Shown: positions 60,201 to 64,000 of the stretch, piece after piece
Position numbering within the stretch: position 1 is the first letter of the stretch
Layout: every line of letters begins with the position of its first letter
Assembly (NCBI GenBank): GCA_039799165.1
Contig: JBDLTH010000080.1
Span: forward strand, 6,000 to 69,999
Origin: Bacteroidota bacterium
GTDB taxonomy: Bacteria > Bacteroidota > Bacteroidia > Bacteroidales > Dysgonomonadaceae
Length of the DNA stretch: 64,000 nt
Direction: 5' to 3'
Made by a program: the position numbers and the translations under genes
Notes under the pieces: generated by a model
Told to the model about the DNA's origin: nothing
The model's input: only the letters and a program-made list of their open reading frames with translations
The model's database searches: none

Positions 60201-60507
60201 GGGTGGTTCGCAAAAATTTTTGACTGAAAATGGAATCCCTGCTACCCAAGTATACTGGCCATCAGAAGAAGGGCAGTACCCAAGTGCATTAGAGATGATC
60301 CAGAACAAAGAGATTGATTTGGTGGTGAATATCCCCAAAAACTTTTCGAGTGGCGAGCTTAACAATGGCTACAAAATACGTCGTGCATCTATCGATTACA
60401 ACATTCCGTTGTTGACCAACTCACGCCTAGCATCTGCTTTCATTCAAGCATTTTGCAAAGTGGATATTGACGACATCGAAATAAAAGCGTGGGACGAATA
60501 CGAATAA
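57286..60507 (+). CDS. carB: Carbamoyl-phosphate synthase large subunit
   Basis: [46 protein letters not shown], duplicated ATP-grasp, MGS domain. Confidence 0.98.
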   Translation: [1073 protein letters not shown]

Positions 60508-60537
60508 TACCTGAAGCTTAGTGCGACTGCCGAATAC

Positions 60538-60578
60538 AAACAAGCGACTACCTGAATAGGGCAGTCGCTTGTTTTTTT
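60538..60578 (+). terminator. Terminator after carB
   Basis: aaacaagcgact/agtcgcttgttt stem plus T run. Confidence 0.8.
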
Positions 60579-60647
60579 GTTTTAGATGTGAGGCAGGCAG
60601 ATAGGGGTGTTTGATATTTTATTATCTTTGCTAAAAAGCTACTGATA

Positions 60648-61715
60648 ATGGATTATATAAAGATAAAAGGATATAAATCGATACAAGATTTGCATCTTGA
60701 CCTGAAACCTATCAACATACTTATAGGGGCAAATGGTGCGGGTAAAACAAATTTTATCTCGTTTTTTCATTTTCTCAATATGGCATACAATCAGCTATTG
60801 CTTAGGGGTGTATCCAAATCGGGTGGGGTTAATAAATTCTTGCACCATGGACGTAAGGTAACCGAACAGCTTTCGGCTAAATTATCTTTTGGCAATGGTA
60901 CTAATCACTATGAATTTGCACTAGAGGTTGGCGATACATCGTTTGTAGTTACAAAAGAAATATTGGGCTACGATGGAAGAGATTGGGATATAGCTGAGGC
61001 AAAGCCCGAATTGCAACTAAAAAATAATTCTTTACACAGAGCCAACTATATTAATTCTGCTATTAATGCATTGAAGGTATACCATTTTCACGAAACAGGA
61101 GCAAAGTCTGCTTTCAACGAAGATGCACGTATCAATGATAACTATATGTTAAGTAACCATGGGGCAAACTTAGCATCTATTCTTTATGCCTTACAACAAA
61201 ACAATCGTATTGTTTACAACCGTATTGTGCAAGCATTGCAGTCAGTAGCTCCATATTTTCTCGATTTCGAGTTACGTCCCAATACACCAGATAGCGAGTA
61301 TATACGTTTGGCTTGGAAAGACAAATATCATACTGAAAACACATATGGTGCAACTGATTTTTCGGATGGTACCATTCGCTATTTAGCACTGGTTACACTT
61401 TTTTTACAAGCCAATACGCCACCTGTAATTATCATTGATGAACCCGAATTGGGCTTGCATCCCTTTGCTATCAGCAAGCTTGCAGGTTTGATAAAGTCGG
61501 TAGCCGCCAAGGGGACACAAGTTATATTGGCTACGCAATCCGTAGAACTTATTAATTGTTTCGAACCCGAAGATATAATAACTGTTGACAATATTGATGG
61601 AGCATCGGAGTTTGAACGTTTAGATTCGTCTAAATTGTCGGTCTGGCTTGACGATTATACTATTGGCGATATGTGGAAACAGAATATTTTAGATAAAGGT
61701 TTTCCTAACAGATAA
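60648..61715 (+). CDS. ABC-type AAA ATPase (AAA_21/AAA_15-like), defence-associated
   Basis: GANGAGKT, FSDGT signature, IIIDEPELGLHP, ATQS; TATCTTTG box at 60623-60630. Confidence 0.88.
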   Translation: MDYIKIKGYKSIQDLHLDLKPINILIGANGAGKTNFISFFHFLNMAYNQLLLRGVSKSGGVNKFLHHGRKVTEQLSAKLSFGNGTNHYEFALEVGDTSFVVTKEILGYDGRDWDIAEAKPELQLKNNSLHRANYINSAINALKVYHFHETGAKSAFNEDARINDNYMLSNHGANLASILYALQQNNRIVYNRIVQALQSVAPYFLDFELRPNTPDSEYIRLAWKDKYHTENTYGATDFSDGTIRYLALVTLFLQANTPPVIIIDEPELGLHPFAISKLAGLIKSVAAKGTQVILATQSVELINCFEPEDIITVDNIDGASEFERLDSSKLSVWLDDYTIGDMWKQNILDKGFPNR

Positions 61716-61725
61716 ATATAAGTAA

Positions 61726-62373
61726 ATGAAGTAACTAATAATTATTTGTGAAGGGCAAACAGAGCAAGAGTTCTGTAGAGATGTATTGAGTTTTCATTTT
61801 CAAGATAAGGGTGTAAGCTTACATGCACCACTGATAAAGAAAACGGCAGGAGGTATTGTAAACTGGAGAGACCTGAAAAAACAAATTGAGAATCATCTGA
61901 AGCACGAACCATCGGCAATTGTAAGTACGCTTATCGATTTTTATGGTATACATGCTAAGCATAAATTTCCTGCATTTGGAGATATAGCTAAAGATAATGC
62001 AACTAAGCTCGATAACATGCAAAAAGGGATGTTGCGAGATATACAGAATAACTTGCAATACCGTTTTATACCCTACATACAGTTACACGAATTTGAGGCT
62101 CTTGTATTTTGTTCATTAGATGTTCTCAAAGCTAATTTTGCACCAGCAGAAGCCGATTTTGTAGCACTAGAGACTATAATGAATACATTTTCCAATCCCG
62201 AAGATATAAATAATAGCCGTGAAACAGCTCCATCAAAACGTTTAGAAAAGCATATCAAGGGTTATCATAAAATTACTTATGGTGTCGGTCTTACCCAATC
62301 AATAGGTTTGGTTACTCTAAGGCAGAAATGCCCACGTTTCAATGCTTGGATACAAAGTCTTGAAAGTATCTGA
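61726..62373 (+). pseudogene. DUF4276 (TOPRIM-like) protein with premature TAA at codon 3
   Basis: ATG AAG TAA CTA ATA ATT ATT TGT GAA GGG CAA ACA GAG = MK*LIIICEGQTE, in frame with 61786-62373 (DFYG, QLHEFEA, PEDINN...PSKRL, CPRFNAW). Confidence 0.82.
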
Positions 62374-62507
62374 ATCCTCGCCCCTACATGTAACATTATC
62401 CACCTAAATGACGTCTATATTTAGCATGGTTAAACGTTATGCAGATAAAAACGCTTGATAAAATCAGTAATTATTGCTAACTTGTATTTTTTTAACATTT
62501 ACGAGTT

Positions 62508-62825
62508 ATGATGATAGAAATAGTAGAACATTTAGCAACAGGCATTTCGGTATTAAGTTTGTCCGTTATCATTTATGGCATTGGCAATGCCGTGATTGAT
62601 TTTGTCAAGAATGAGTTTTCGGACAATAAGCACCAAGGCATTCGTAAGATACGAGCCAATTTTGGTAGCTACCTCCTTCTAGGTTTAGAGCTACTTATAG
62701 CAGCTGATATCATAAAAACGGTGGTAGAACCGAGCTACGAAGAGCTTATCGTATTGGCAGGTGTAGTGGTTTTAAGAACCATTCTGTCGGTATTTCTCAA
62801 TCGAGAGATCAAAGAGTTAGAGTAG
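62508..62825 (+). CDS. DUF1622 domain membrane protein
   Basis: FGSYLLLGLELLIAADIIKTVV, L...VVLRTILS.FL.RE. Confidence 0.9.
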   Translation: MMIEIVEHLATGISVLSLSVIIYGIGNAVIDFVKNEFSDNKHQGIRKIRANFGSYLLLGLELLIAADIIKTVVEPSYEELIVLAGVVVLRTILSVFLNREIKELE

Positions 62826-62914
62826 ATTATAAAGTTAGTGATGAACAAAAGGTATTGCTTCATGTTTAATAAGGAAGCAAACTTGGATACAAAATAATTA
62901 ATTAAAAAGCGAGT

Positions 62915-63379
62915 ATGATAGAGCAATTATTAGAATTAGTAAAAGATCAGGTGGTGCCAGCTATAACAGGCAATGCAAGTATACCTGACGATAAGAAAGA
63001 AGCAGCTGTAGAAACAACTACCTCTACTATATTCGACAGTTTGAAAGATCAACTTATCCCCGATAATTTGACAGAGGTGATGAATATGTTTAGTGGCAAC
63101 AGTGCAGCCGCTTCGTTTGGTGGTAATGCTATGGTGCAAACTGTACAAACAGCGGTAGTATCGGCTCTAACCTCAAAGGTGGGTTTAGATGCAGGCTTAG
63201 CCAATACCATAGCTACTACGGCAGTACCTATGGTGATGAATATGTTTACCAATAAAATAAAAGACGATAACGAACCAGGTTTTAACATACAATCGCTTAT
63301 CGAAACTTTCACATCAGCCAAAGGCGGTGCAGGAGGAGGGCTACTAGGTATGCTAGGCGGATTGTTTGGAAGCAAGTAG
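62915..63379 (+). CDS. Conserved hypothetical protein (DUF937-like helical)
   Basis: Clean ORF, GLLGMLGGLFG tail, followed by terminator. Confidence 0.65.
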   Translation: MIEQLLELVKDQVVPAITGNASIPDDKKEAAVETTTSTIFDSLKDQLIPDNLTEVMNMFSGNSAAASFGGNAMVQTVQTAVVSALTSKVGLDAGLANTIATTAVPMVMNMFTNKIKDDNEPGFNIQSLIETFTSAKGGAGGGLLGMLGGLFGSK

Positions 63380-63410
63380 TTAAATAATTGCAGTGTAAAT
63401 TGTAAACTTC

Positions 63411-63456
63411 AAAAACGCTCAAAATGTAGCAAATGTTACGTTTTGAGCGTTTTTTT
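63411..63456 (+). terminator. Intrinsic terminator
   Basis: aaaaacgctcaaaa/ttttgagcgttttt stem plus T run. Confidence 0.8.
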
Positions 63457-63648
63457 GTACTGAAATCTCAAAAATAAATCAAAAAAAGACATATCTTTGC
63501 TATTATAACCTGCTTCTGTATTTAGCGAATATTAACACATAGAGCTAGCACAGTTAGCGTTCTATGTGCATACAAGTTTGTATACTCTCATTTTGTGATC
63601 AGTAAATGATTACATCAGCCACATCAGCACACATAATTTAAACCAAAA

Positions 63649-64000
63649 ATGCAAAGAAACACTCTTTTCGATTCGCTTAAGTTTATACTAATAACGCTTG
63701 TAGTCTTTGGGCATGCCATGGAATATGATGTATTTACCGATCCCATCCGTCGTGCCGTATTTGCCTTTCTGTACAGCTTCCACATGCCATTGTTCATCTT
63801 TCTGTCAGGCTTTTTTTCTAAAAACATGACACACAACAAGTGGCTCAAAACAGTCTATTCGCTCTCTTTAACCTATCTCGTGTTTCAGTTGTTTTATACA
63901 ATAACAACCAGTTTTATGGGCAATACGTTTGACCTAGTCAAGTTTTTAACACAGCCACAATCCATACTCTGGTATATCGTAGGCTTAATATTGTGGCGGA
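63649..64000 (+). CDS. Acyltransferase family 3 (3'-truncated by window edge; absent from ORF track)
   Basis: MQRNTLFDSLKFILITLVVFGH...FHMPLFIFLSGF...LWYIVGLILWR; paralog of 10882-11868; TATCTTTG at 63492-63499. Confidence 0.88.
   Translation, partial: MQRNTLFDSLKFILITLVVFGHAMEYDVFTDPIRRAVFAFLYSFHMPLFIFLSGFFSKNMTHNKWLKTVYSLSLTYLVFQLFYTITTSFMGNTFDLVKFLTQPQSILWYIVGLILWR

Noticed and set aside
1-64000. rRNA, tRNA or riboswitch genes
   Set aside because: No recognisable cloverleaf, rRNA or known riboswitch consensus seen by eye; tRNAscan/Infernal would be needed to exclude them fully

Overview
AT-rich Bacteroidota chromosome window (TAnnTTTG promoters, a bat operon and lipoprotein signal peptides suggest Bacteroidales; genus not determinable from sequence alone). 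It opens in the 3' part of dnaA and is mostly housekeeping: lemA/TPM, ferritin, MscS, pgk, a moxR-DUF58-batABCDE operon, PAP2, UspA, DPP III, flavodoxin, DUF349, mutS2, cstA and carAB. The most interesting accessory locus is a minus-strand operon at 43233-46789. It encodes a divergent Lgt, a Tes/MJ0619-like radical SAM enzyme, three small paralogous two-helix peptides (two ending in an internal lipobox-like TLC) and a beta-barrel protein, and is a candidate ribosomal lipopeptide or lipid-crosslinking system. Other accessory features: a tandem duplication of two secreted QVGINT-type proteins whose promoters and terminators are also duplicated; a decayed IS5 element with three terminal-repeat copies carrying passenger DNA; an orphan M.HhaI-like C5 methyltransferase; an ABC-ATPase + DUF4276 (TOPRIM) defence-like pair whose nuclease has a stop at codon 3; a putative leader-peptide attenuator before carAB; and several long perfect palindromes. 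No rRNA, tRNA or CRISPR array was seen. Family assignments come from motif recognition, not database searches.
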